From Antedon mediterranea (taxonomy: Eukaryota; Animalia; Echinodermata), in NCBI RefSeq assembly GCF_964355755.1, contig NC_092673.1:28703648-28767647 (forward strand): DNA of 64,000 nucleotides, read 5' to 3'. Of the stretch, positions 38,501-51,571 are shown one piece after another (the stretch's first letter is position 1; each line of letters starts with the position of its first letter). The notes under the pieces were generated by a model. That model ran no database searches and was not told the DNA's origin. It was given only the letters and a program-made list of their open reading frames with translations. Both the position numbers and the translations under genes were made by a program.

Positions 38501-41500
38501 GGCTTTTCTGAATCGATTTATTCCAGGAATCGTAAGAAGCTCCTCCTGTGTCACGTCAAACACCCTCAATTTAAAACTGTAAGACGACATCTCTTCAGTC
38601 ACCATTGTCAATTCTATTAGGCAGTGTGACTTGACAGTGTGTGTCCCATCTAAAAAATAAATATTCATCGTATAAATTTGCATAATAATTAGATAGTTAA
38701 TTGAGTGAAATTACACAGACGTGAATGCTTGTACGTGAAATACAGTATTCAGAAATGAAAACTTTTAATTATGGAGATAGTCAAGTACAGAGAGATTACG
38801 ATATATTCTAGTAATGTTATTAACCATGAGGGAGATTATAATATCGATATGTCCACGATGTTAATAAAACATTTCTCGGCAATTTATAATTGATGTTATA
38901 ATTAAGTATTGATGCAACAGAGACATCAATTTCAATAACTGGACATTGATCATCAATGCTATTGTTATTTACAGGAAAGTTGTTTGTAAAACTAGCCTTG
39001 GTAAAAATCAATAACCACTTATTATTTCCTTACCACTGACACTGATATACATTCTCGTCGTGATGGTTTCGTTGATTGATAAAGCTATCTCACTTTTTCC
39101 CAGCCTAGCTAGCCCATTGCTGTCCACAGTTATTAGGTCTTTACCGTCTGCCGTTTGGCCTCCCTCAATTACCTTGAATTTCAACCTGTCGTCTGCGTCT
39201 CCATCTCTAGCAGGGATCCAGAAACCCGTCCATCCGGTCTTTCCTTGGAAGTAGTTAACAAATGCAACAAAGTCTGGCAATGTTGGTCTGTTATCGTTTG
39301 TATCCAAAATGTTGATAACCACTCTGACTTGGGAGAATACATCATCATGATATGCGCGCACAATCAGGTTAAATCTTGTGTAGTGTTCAAAATCAATCGT
39401 CTGCCTGTTAAAAAGTTGTCCTGTTTTCAGATCAATATCAACAACATCCTTCCCGCCCTTGTGAAGGATATATTCTATTGATTGTGAACCCAGAATATCA
39501 TTTGCAATATTAGCATGTAATTGGCTAAGAGGGTGATCTGATAATTCATCATTTTCGGTGATGTTGATGTGTAGAATACTAAACGAGAATTTGGGTACGT
39601 TATCATTTTTATCCGTTACATGAACAACGTAAGTTGTTTCCGAGAAAAGTCTTCCAATTTTGGCGCGAACTGTGAGTTCATACCTGTGTACGTCTTCGTA
39701 ATCGAGTGGATAGAGTACGCTCACCACACCAGTCAGTTTAGAAACTTTAAAAAGACCTTCGCGATTTGGTTGTACTCTTGTCAATGTGTAACGAACACTT
39801 CGTTGAAGTTTAGTTGTTGAACACTTTGCGAAAACAGTTTCATTAACATTACCAACAACGTTTTCTTCAATGTAACCTTTAAAACCTTTTGGTGGGAATT
39901 TCGGTGCGCTAATTATTCTAACCTGGACTCGTGTAGAAATCTGATTGTCAATAGGATGTCGTATTTTAGCATGAACAAGTAGATTATATTTGGAAGCCGG
40001 GAGGCTTTTGAGTGAACCTGTCGTCGTAATGATACCAGTGTTTCGGTCGATCGAAAACGGTGGAGCTTCTTCTTTCGATGTCCTTAGTTTTAAACTGAAT
40101 TCCACATTGTCTCGATATTCTATAAAGTTAAAAGAAAGTATTAAAAGTATATGATCAAAGTGGCTGCATAATGTAAGTACAGTAACTACTACACCATTAA
40201 ATCAAAAGTCAAATTACGGAACAATGACAATGATGTGGTATCAGTGGCTATAGAAAAAAAGCAGAAACCTAAATGAACACGATAAATTAAAACAGACAGA
40301 AAGAAAGTACCAAACCTTTGTAAAACACTACTCACAATAAAAATAGTGAATTCAGGGGGAAATGTCAAACTCATTCTGTTGATAAAACATGAGACTTACC
40401 GTCTTTGGTTTGTAAAAATAAATTTAATATTAATATTATTATTAATATTTAATATGTATCAGCATGTTACATAAACAGTACTACCATTAATACTTCTGTA
40501 ACTGCTTCGGTTCATTAACCATTAGTCAGCAGTTTTTCACGCGTAACCTCCATTTTTATCAAACGTTATAAAAGTTGATAATTAAGTCAAAACTCACAGG
40601 TCAATACAAGTTTCAAATTGGTTACACTTTACAAACTATGATTCACTTATCACTTTTTTTTTTGCAGTTCTCAGGGGAAAATGTAAAATTATATAATATT
40701 TGTGTCTTAAAGATATGGAACATTGATGGAAACATCAAATGGTTATGACTTAGGATGGGGCTTTTATAATAGGTCCCAGGTGTGTATCGATGGAACACAT
40801 TTGAGGCTCAGACTTCCACCTTTAAATTAAAAATGGAAGTAATCTAAGTATAGAGTTAGTTATCATTTAAGCAAGTCTCTAGAAAATTACAAATCCAGTA
40901 AAGTACATCTTGTCGGGTTTAATCCCTTCAAATAAGTGCACAAACACAGCTCCTGCTTTATCGGGACACAGCAAACGTTTTGACTTATTGCATTCATCTT
41001 TCTTATGCCAATCAGTGGCGCTTAATTGAACACGTGGATAAATATGTGTTTCCTCTGTCTACACTCTGAAACATTATGTGACAAAATATGTTGTGCCCAT
41101 ATATAGACATGCTGATGTCATATTACTACCAAATTTGAAAATATCACTACAATATTTCAGAACTTTTTTTGTCATTCGACGTTTTCCTCGTTTATACGCG
41201 CAAGTTAATGTTACGTGGTGGTGGCGGCGAATTGTGTTGCGTTGGTATTCAAATGTTTTAACCTTGAAGTCAATTCGATCTGGGGATCTTACGCGTCTAA
41301 ATACCAGACTGAAAAATCGAGACGATCGAAATTAGAGAATCATTTAAACACAACAGGGTTTAACATGTAGCAAGTTAATTCGAATTGGACCCCTGATATT
41401 AGATGAATCACCTGGCGTTAAACATGAGATGCCCTACAGTAGTATGTGGTCTGCTATTAGATTGTGCTTTTTCTGACAATAAAGTGAATAATTGATTTAA

Positions 41501-44500
41501 ATATTACTACGAAACTATATTAAGTGCACATTACGTGCATAAACAGTCGGTGAACTGAGCTCAAATTATAACAATTAAAACAGAGAACTATGAGATGTAT
41601 GAAGTATTTAGAATGATACACGATGGAGGTTGCAGCCGAATAAAGGAAATACACATTTCGTGACACTTCTGCAGTTGGTCAACAACAGGAACCCTAATAT
41701 ATCAAGGCCACATTGATATACAATAAGGAACAGGTTATCTATATTAAAGACAAGATATTGAACATTGCTTTCTTTTGTGAAAGTACTTTAGTGATGACCC
41801 GATAGCGAAATTGTTCTCCTAAACTAAAATTAAAAGCATCTGTTATGTATAGTTGGGTATTGATACGAAAAAGCAGCAGATAGATAGCGCGTGCGTACAC
41901 ATCATCATTTAAACGCGGGACTCTCAAAGTCTACACGTCTGGTCGCTATGTGAACATTTGTATGCGCGGGAAAAAATGAGTGACGGCAATTTATTATTTG
42001 CTAATACTGTAGTAGGCTATTTGAAATAGTGACACAGTGGGATGGGCAATTACCTTCCCCCGGTACGTCGGCAAACGGTTCACTGTATAGTCGCATTACT
42101 AAGGCGACATTGTGGCGCAATTAGTCCAGGGGCTACCCTTGTAATCAGCACAGCGGGACAGCGGGTCAGGGGATTCGTACACCCGGCCTACTGCCATGTT
42201 CGTGTTTATCATTCTAGTGGGGAAAGCCCCTGGAAACCCGAGAGAGCTTTACGTTATCCAAATCTGTCATTCATCATTTTGAAAATGATTCAAGAAAAAA
42301 AAAATACAATTCATTGTAACAATGTTTGTGGAGAGGGACTATAGATTTGCAGAATATGTTACATTGACCAGCAGAGGTTTCCGTCTTGTTTGTATTGTTC
42401 ACCTAGACCTATTTATGTTATGAAAAAAGGGAGTATTACTGAATGTCTGAAGACTATGTTGAAATCTTGAAAAGTCATACAATAATCTATTATTTAATAT
42501 ACTATTTATGACGTTCGACGAACCATTCTCTTCAAGTCATTGCTCGAATCGAACAGAAACAAAAGACTCCTCAAGCTACTCAAATATAGATAACTATTTG
42601 AATATCAGATATTATATCTATTTAAACGATTTAACAACTTAAGCCTTGTCTACACTATAAAAATGTGATAAAAAAAATGTGATGTGCCCATGGACATGAT
42701 GATTTATCACTATACCATATTTGAGTACATCACACGTTTTTTTGTCAAACTAATTTGATAACTCCATGATTTGATAGTGTGGACAGAGCTTTAATTGTTT
42801 GTGAATAATGTTCAGATACAATACAAATACAAAATATAGCAAGGCAAGAAAATCTTCGAATAATCACTTTATTATCCGAATATAATATAACACAGTAGGC
42901 CTGTAGTAATTAAATGTTATATTTTAAACTTAATTTATATAACCACGCTGAGAACAGATGGTGAAACAGCAGGCCTTAAAACGTTGTTCCCAATTTGACG
43001 AATAGAAAGAGTTTATGTGCAACCAGGTAATTTTGACCAATCAGAAGTTCGGAAGATCCATTGATTGGTCCAATTACTTGCGCTGCGTGTGCGTGCGTTT
43101 GCGTTCTATATACCCGTCATGAGAAGAATTAAAGTAAAGCTCTGTCTACACTATCAAACTAGTTTGATAATAAAAAGTGTGATGTGCCCAAATATGGTAG
43201 GTAGTGATATGCGCAAATATGGTAGTGATATGACGTAATCATGTCCATATAAGCACATCACATCAAGTTTGATAGTGTAGACAGAGTTTAACGAATATTA
43301 TGATATTACGTGATGTTCAATGTCCACGGACAATTCAATTTTAGGTTTTTTGTTGTGACGTCCGTGGCAGTGGGAAAACAATTTCTTTCAAGGATGATGT
43401 TGGACATGGAAGGGACATGCCGACGACATGTTAAGCAACTGAAATTGCAGTTCCTGTTTTACACGTCTATGGAATAAATTAAGGAAGATACAATTACATA
43501 TCAATGCTAAATATTTCATTGAAGAATGTTTTGAAACGTTGTAAGATGACACATAATTTTAAATCAATACTTGAAAGCCGACAAAATATTTATCATATGA
43601 TTATTTATTTGTACAATCGATGAAAATATATATCCCCATCATGATAAAATTAACAAATCGCCCGATCAATTGATTTGGTCCATTGATCGATTAATAAATT
43701 GATCAATTGATTGATTGGACTGCTCATTTTAAACAAATCTGATTGGTTAACCTATCCTATAAAAGTATTTAGGCTATGATTTGAGAATGTCATGTAGAAG
43801 AAGAACCAATCAATTATTGATAATTCCATATAATTGTGCAAACTTATTTTCTATAAAAATATTTTTTAAATTAGGAAAATACGGTAATTGATATAATAAA
43901 TCCGATTTGATTTTTACGAATTAAGAAACGTTTACATATAACTTTAACATTAAATTTAATGACAAAACTTCGATCTATCTTGTCATTTTATTCATCATTT
44001 TAAAGATTTGATTTTTGATTGTAAAATTTGCTGGAGGCTTTTTTATTGAATAAAAAAATGAAGATAACATTCTGTATTGAGAGTAGATTATAAAGTTCAA
44101 GACAATTGGCATGAATTAAACATAAAACAATTTGCCGAGATCACCTAAGTGTAGTAATCCGATTTGACTGATACGAATTGTAAAGTTATTTTATTAATTT
44201 CACTGGAGACCTTGCTGATATGATCGCTAATTATCGTTTCCTTCAAAAGGAAAGTTCTTGGGAGAGAGGCGGTGGAAGTAAGCAGCCCCAGACGTGATTC
44301 ATCTCCAGATGCAAGGCCTAGCCTATACCTTATTTATTTAATGATCTCTGCAAATTGTTATCTGTACAGAAATCTAATTTTACTTAGATTGCACGCGCGC
44401 GTCATTTTTCATCGTTTTGTACGCGAAGCACTAAGTACACGCGCGCGTATAAAACGATGAAAAATACGCACGCGTGTACTTTCTGTGTTATTTATGCCGG

Positions 44501-47500
44501 TTATTCATTTACATGTACGCGTGTATCTAATAGGAAATTTAAAGTTTAAACATAATGTCCTATCGCGTGACTGATCAAGAATCCATTCAATTTAAAATGA
44601 ATATTACGTACGTGTGAATGGTGTGTTAATGATTGACATGTAGATACGTACATAATAACTGGAATTTGTCATATTTTATTGGGACAGTTTTTAATTATGA
44701 TTAAATAGGTTGATTGACAGAAAGAACAACTTAGCTCCATGACGTAAGATATTAGTTTATTATTTTGTTAGTTGGTGATTTGTTAACGAAAATGAACCTT
44801 GTATTGCACATAATCTGAAACAAATTGAAAATCAGATTTGTTTAAAGCTGCTACCTTCAAACATATTACAAAGTTTGTCCTTATTAAGCAATTGCAATTG
44901 CCACTAATCTAATTAGAATTGATTTAATGATGTTTTGTATTGTGAGTCAAATTATTTAGCATAGTGAATTAGGAATAGATGATATGCCTACATGGTTTAC
45001 ACGTTCCTGCTGTTTTTCTTGGTAAATGATAAATAAATTATGTACTAGTCAAAATTCAAATGGAATTGAGCCGTTTCCGAACAAAATTATATGTCTATAT
45101 ATAATATATCAACTCTATAAATGTGATGAAATACTGAAAACAGATTTTTGTTTTATTTCAATTCTATGAACACTCATAAAAAAGTGAGTTAACGTTTTTG
45201 GCAAGTTAGTCTGTCTGTTATGTGGGCCTAAGATGTAAGTCTTAGGGGACAATTTGATATTAATAGGGGAACATTTGATATTAATATGGGGACAATTTGA
45301 TATTAATAGGGGACCACTTACTATGGGTTCTGCAGAACTTAGGAGTAATCATACTTCAACCTATATTATAGTATTTGCAGAAAAAGTGAATAATCGCTGT
45401 CTGTACAGATTATTCTTGTATAAATATTAACGAACTTCCCCTTCGGTTGTGAACACTTTACGATAAGAATCCATCACCAGTCAAGAAACGTGCAGGTGGC
45501 CCTAGGGTTTACTTACAAATCCTTCTTGAATTCTTATCAAATATCAAATATAATGATAGACAAATATGTATGTGCTATCGCTTCAGATCTTCAAATATTC
45601 CCATTAGATTTTGGCAAAACTAAACATACGTAAGCTTAGGCTTATGTATAAAAGGAGTAGCAATCGACGTCCATTTTGTTGACATTATAACTGAACATTC
45701 TTTCCATTTCTATAATTGTAATATATTTATATATTTCCGTTTCCTTTATTAAATAATTTCCCCCATCATTAAGGCGTAATTGTTTGCAAGAGCACTGGTT
45801 CTATGGACTTTTTATAAACTAAATTTAGCACATATTGCATAGAGTAAATTCAATACCTTGCTTGAATGGACGCTAGTGGCTCGTGACGGTCTCCAAAACC
45901 CTAATTTCCTTTCGAGGGTTGGGAACTAAGAATTTAAGAATTAAATTAACTTTTCGAACTTTTACATCTAACCCTAATTGATGAGATGACAGAGAAGTGA
46001 ACATTGTATTCATTTCTATAACTAAGCTTTACAAGAGAACCATGAATGCCAATCCAGTTCGTTTGCTATGCCTGGCTAGCACGTCTATTAACTAATTTGA
46101 TTCTATTGAATCGACAATAGTTTAACATCTTTAAGCGCCTGCTGTCATGTAATGTGTGAGTATGTATGCCCCACATTAATATCACCCAGATAGCGGGCAA
46201 TAGACCGATCAGATAGGGGGTAAACAAGGGAACTGCTGCTTCTTCGAGATTATTAAGACAAGCACGAAGATAACAAATTGTTCACGAAGAAAACTAAAAC
46301 ACTTAACGACATCATGTGTGGTTTAGCGAAGTTTTATCATGGATTTAGCAAACATACATTATTCAGAATATTTGAAATATCCAACTTGTAGTTTTGATAA
46401 CTGTGGGCCAATTGTAAATGCATTGCTTTAAAATCGGAAGATAACATTTATGGATACATAAAAGGTCTGTTGATATTATTACGTTGCGTTGACAGCAAAT
46501 ATCTGTTATGTAATGTAAGAATTATTCTTTAATTCCAGTAGGCCTACTTCAGAAATAAAACATTCCTAAGCCACATTTAATAATCGCTTTCTAATATTAT
46601 TGAATTTGAATCGAGCTAATTTTTTTAGAAGGTCTACACATGGGACTTGGTAAACTTCCGGCAAACAAAACAGACCTTCCATGATCAATGTTAACCCTGT
46701 ACAGTAGTAGTCCTAACTATCTGTACCTATAGATGGCACAGCAGCTGATCTAGTAACTTCAAAACAAGTTTTGTCACTTCTATTTTTAGTCTATTTACAC
46801 CGCTACGCACGAGTCTGCACACGCGCAATGATAACTTCCAAATCACCAAAATCTACATAAATCATAAGCTGACCATTCTGTTCTTCAACATGATTTATTT
46901 ACAATTTTACATCTAATTATGAAACTATCACAAATACCTCAGACAATCCCAAGCGAACAATAAAAATGCATAAATGTTTCAACAAGTTTAAACCTTTGCT
47001 ATACACAATGTTCCACATCAGTTGCAAGGAGACATTTTATACCACAAACATTTCACAATAACGGTATTATCGGATAATTTGATTAAAGTCCCACTTAATT
47101 GAGTATTTGATACCTCTTTCAATTTTTTACAACAGTAACCTATAAAACAAGGAATTGTGCATCTGGTGAAGTTTGGTAAAGTGCACTCTCGTCATACCGC
47201 AATTGAATTAGGCATTCAGTTTAATTCACTTTAGGCCTAACCACCAAACTTCTTCCATTTAAAATGAGAAAACGGGTGGGTGTCACGTGAGGTTTTCTTT
47301 AAAAAGGAGTCCTGTAGTACCTACGTGTTTTTCTTACGATATAAATACATTTGCAAACAATATTCCAAAGAGCATTAGAATTACTCGCACGATTATAGTA
47401 TTTTTATAACCCCATCACGTATGCATCGCTTGTAATTGGTCAAATCACTTAAGCTTGGTTCCCACTATAACGTAACGCAAGGACGTAAACGCAACGCAAG

Positions 47501-50500
47501 CGTTTGAACCAATGACAAGCGAAGTTATAGACAGCAATCACAAGCGAATAAGCCATCGCTTGTGATTGGTCAATTCACTTGCGTTGCGTTACGTCCTTGC
47601 ATTACGTTCTAGTGGGAACCACGCTTTACGTTGCGTCTCTAGTGGATCATTTAAAAAGCATAACAATAAGTTGTGCTGATTTAAGCAAAATGGCACACAA
47701 AATCGTTCAAAAAATCCTGAAAGATAAATATCTCTACGGTGTAACTCATAACCCTACAGTATATTACGTGTACCTTTGAGTGCTATAATCTCGATTCTCG
47801 AGGGCCCTTTGCTTTAAGCCAAGGGATTTGTCAATAGTTATGAGTGATGAATTCCATAAAGTGAATGAGTCCGCTTCGAACAATGCTTCAGTTCGCTACA
47901 AGATTGCTACTGTAATTATTAATTCCGTCTCATTTATGTTGTTCAACAAGAGTTCAAAAAAATGCATTATACATTAAAGTTGAAATCTTAGGTGTCAACG
48001 CTTAAAGGCCAGGTGCGGGAAAAAAATTTCTATTGATCATACATTTCAATAATTATCGATCTATAGTTTCCCCTATGTTTCATAATTTTTGGGATTTTAT
48101 TTGTGTTACACTAGCTTGTTGAAAATAAGCACTTTCTTATCAGTGGGGGGATAGTTCAAATTACACAGTAAAATCTCTATTCTTTTGTACACAAATTTTG
48201 TAAATAGAGAGGCATTTTAAAAAGCTATGAAAAATAAATGGTGTGGTAAAAAATGTTATCAGATGACCAAATATAGGTAATATAACTTGAATATTACATT
48301 TCTGATATTTTTATTCAACTTCAGATTTTTATTTTCATGCTATAGCAAAAATTATCCACCGTATATCCACCATCTTTTTTCACCGTCTAGGGAGTCACCA
48401 GACATGTTATTACATTAAGTTAACTACCTAACTACTGAAAAAAAGTCTTCCTGGTTTTTATGGAAGAATTTTGCCAAATTTTGTATTTGACCATATTAAG
48501 GGAAATTCATGTTTTTTCGTCTCGATTTCTGTTACAAATATTTCATTAATGTACAATTAACCAAATATTATATTTAAAATTCATGCCTGTACCTGAGCTT
48601 TAAGGCCACTTGTATCTGTTTTGCTATGTTGTGTTAATGTGTAGACATACGTGTATTAACTACATGATTAATAGTATTGACAATTTGCGTAAAAAAAAAG
48701 AGAAAAGTTTGGCACAACATGTGAGGTGAAGCCCACGATGTAGTCTTAAGCTCTGTCTACACTATCAAAGTAGTTTGAAAAAAAAAGGTGTGAAATTCAC
48801 AAATATTATGGTAGTGATATGACGTCGTCGTGTTTATATGGGCATATGTTTTGTCACGTAAAGCTTTACGCAGAAGAAACATGACCGAAACAAACACGAC
48901 AAGAGCACTTTTAATCGAGGAGGAAAAAGTAAACGTCTTCGTTGTATTTCTCTTATTATTATTAGTTGTATAAATGCAAATTTGTTACTATACAAAATGT
49001 CCCAATACGTCCTTGACTCAGATTGACAGAATATGTTAAAAGTCTCAAACAAAGGTATAATAGAACACCAATTTAATTTATTTTAGCAGAACAATTAACT
49101 AAAAATGTCTAATCCGATAATTCGGATGAACAGAACCGGTGTTTCAACGGTCTATTGATTTCGAGTTAAAATTAAATAACTGTTGATGAAAGGAATTGGA
49201 ATGGTAATTTAAGTTAATGGAGTAACACAATTAAAGGTGTAATGACAGATGTGGCAAATAGACGTGCAATTTTCCTGTCTATTTATTATATTAAGCTTGG
49301 TTCTCATTGGACGCAAACAATGACGTGGGTGTGTTGACCAATCATAGGCAACAGTTTGTATGATATGTACGTCATGATTGGTCACATTACTTTACGGCGC
49401 GTGTACGTTATTGCGCTACGTCCTAAAGATTGGTTCCCACTACTGTAGAACGCAACACAAGGACGTAAGCGTAACGTAAGCAATTTGACTAATCACAAGC
49501 GATGGATTATTTGAACTGTTGCCTGTCATTGATTAACAATGTAACACGCTTGCGTTGCGTTTACGTCCTTGCGTTACGTCATAGTGGTAACCAAGCTTAA
49601 GTGGATGATTAGCGAAGTTTGTAAGTGAGTTTTGATGTATGATGATGATCTATTTTTGTTTTTTTATATATTTAATATTTTACCAATTTATTAGGTATGT
49701 TTATGATGTACGACTACGGTGTCAGCCATTGGCTGCTTGTGTCATTTTAATGATATACCGAAATATAATCATTGATTGTAACATGCATGATCTTAAATGC
49801 GTCTGACTATTTTAAAAGTCGTTTCAATTATGTTTATTTATCCTAATTGTCCAATATGTTGAATATTAGTTTGTAAATTGGATACAACCCAAGTTTGTAG
49901 AGTTTGTGAAAGCCATTCATCAGAAACAATTACAAATACACGAAAGTATTGCATCACAATATTAGTATATGCTTATAATAACAATTTCAGTAGTCACTGT
50001 AGGGTGGGTTTTAATTGATGACTAATGCAGCCTAGCATATTGGCATTTAGTGATTCCCATATGAAATCATGAAGTTTGACCGCAAGCCTAGGTAAGTGAG
50101 GGTGCATAAAATCAATTCAAATATCCTGGGTTCCCTTATTATGAATTAGCATTAATTTTAAATAAATATAACAAGAAAAACACAAAGTATTTATAAGAAA
50201 TAATTAATTGAAACGGCAGTCGTAGAAATAGGTATTTTTTCCAATTGCGGTGTAGGAAGTTATGGATAGAAAAAATGAATTCGAATTTAATTAAAGAGAT
50301 GATGATCCAGGGACGTAAAAAAGACTATATAAAAGGATGAGATGCAACACCTATCTATATACATGTCGACATGCCATTTGAATAACCCGAATATATACCC
50401 TTCTGTGTAAAGAAAGTTCAGTTACACTAGTTAACTTTATCAGAAATCTATACCTATACAATTATATTTATTTAGAAATAAAATCTCAAACGATTAAATG

Positions 50501-51571
50501 AATAATACCCTATTATGTAGTGTTAACAATTGTGCTAAGCCGCGGAGTCACTTGCAACTATTCAGACAGTTCTATATGCACGTATTATAAGTAGTTATTA
50601 AAACAGGTCAGATATATTTGTGCTGCGATTTGGTATTGTATACGAACATTGACATCGTCTTGCACACAATGAAAGCCGTAGTAAATTGACACTGTCATTG
50701 CTATATAATCCTGCGCCAAACTATTCAAAATAACCAATAAGGTGTTTATATATTTTACAGAAATGTTTATACGAATGGCCCTTTTATTGCTCAAGGGAAC
50801 TTAATATGTGGATTGCCTTATAACTCAGGAATGTTGAAAGAACGAATCCGCAGATCACACGGCTGACGCAACGCAATCAGGGGAGGGGAAAAGTAAGACA
50901 GAGAAGATAGACTTCAATCTTCTCTGATCAGAAACGACATCATCATCATATGGCACGCCAAGCTGTCATCATCAACACAATGTCGCTTACAACGAGAAAT
51001 GACGCTCTGAATATACCTCTTACAACCACCCGATACGTCAACTCATTTCTCATCCATAAAAAAAAAACTCCTGTTTCAGAAATGTTTACTCTTTGAAACC
51101 TCAAAACAGTCAAAAGTGTCTCTGATGAGAACAGTGGGATAGGGCCTACTTAATTCAAGTCAAGTATGTTGTGCAATTTGGTCTTGCATACTAAAGTATT
51201 ATAAATTTAAAGTACGGTAGCCTATACAATTAAACACCGACCGAGACCTACATCTTCTAATATATCTATCTTTAGTCAGATCAAGTCAAGAATAAATTAT
51301 ATTTAATCCATACAAAACTTAAACTATTTTAAGAATGTCTTGGCGGCAAGTTCAAAGTCTTACCTGAATTACTGGTGGTCAGTGGTACCTCGATCACGGT
51401 TGAACCTATCGGAGACGTTTCCTGGAGGGTGGCTTTGAAGAAAGAGCGAGGAAACTGTATACCTGGCATACTGACGGGGCGGACACGCCTACCCTGGAGG
51501 CCTTCCCCGGTACCTTCACAGGAACCCAAGACGAGGCTTAAAATTACACAAACACAAGTTAAATTTGCCAT
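32542..51571 (-). CDS. CELSR/Flamingo-like cadherin-EGF-LamG protein, apparently ectodomain only (~880 aa)
   Basis: Exons 51364-51571 (signal peptide MANLTCVCVILSLVLGSCEG and start of cadherin repeat 1), 39034-40119 (cadherin motifs LDYE, DKNDNVPKF, IDFE, DTNDNRP), 38014-38649 (Flamingo-box-like DGTHTVKSHC.. and EGF CVCPAGYGGEDC), 37025-37238 (EGF CKNGGEC and LamG start), 34746-34950 (DGMLLYIGRYNHRRDFLALEI..WHT), 33982-34085, 32542-32731 (LDVTSPLLIGGLP..FQGCLQNVYVDG, then TGA). Phases are consistent. The 3' end is uncertain because of a weak possible donor at 32552. Confidence 0.85.
32816..32976. mobile_element. MITE family A copy
   Basis: Family A core and TIRs. Confidence 0.75.
33545..33854. 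mobile_element. MITE family B (33583-33730) nested inside an older family B copy
   Basis: The inner copy has full TIRs and TTA flanks; the outer halves join into one element. Confidence 0.75.
35011..35325 (-). mobile_element. Nin/Deu-domain SINE copy
   Basis: Closely similar to 15897-16215. Confidence 0.75.
36868..37003. mobile_element. MITE family B copy
   Basis: TTCCCACTAG..GACCAATGACAAGCGA..GATTGGTCA. Confidence 0.65.
42641..42791. mobile_element. MITE family A copy
   Basis: Family A core and TIRs. Confidence 0.75.
43138..43288. mobile_element. MITE family A copy, inverted relative to 42641
   Basis: Family A core and TIRs. Confidence 0.8.
45245..45313. repeat. ~21-22-bp tandem repeat GGGGACAATTTGATATTAATA x3
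   Basis: Directly visible. Confidence 0.75.
47452..47625. mobile_element. MITE family B, young copy nested in an older B fragment
   Basis: Full TIRs; nearly identical to the reverse complement of 61862-62040. Confidence 0.85.
48006..48599. mobile_element. Kolobok-like non-autonomous element
   Basis: TTAA|AGGCCAGGTGCGGG ... CCTGTACCTGAGCT|TTAA; imperfect TIR and TTAA TSD. Confidence 0.5.
48749..48866. mobile_element. MITE family A partial copy
   Basis: Left TIR and degenerate core. Confidence 0.65.
49294..49597. mobile_element. Two adjacent or nested MITE family B copies
   Basis: Starts at 49294 and about 49427; terminal GTGGTAACCAAGCT. Confidence 0.7.

Noticed and set aside
38016-39820. 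Plus-strand ORFs overlapping the cadherin exons
   Set aside because: Antisense shadows of the real coding exons, with no independent motifs.
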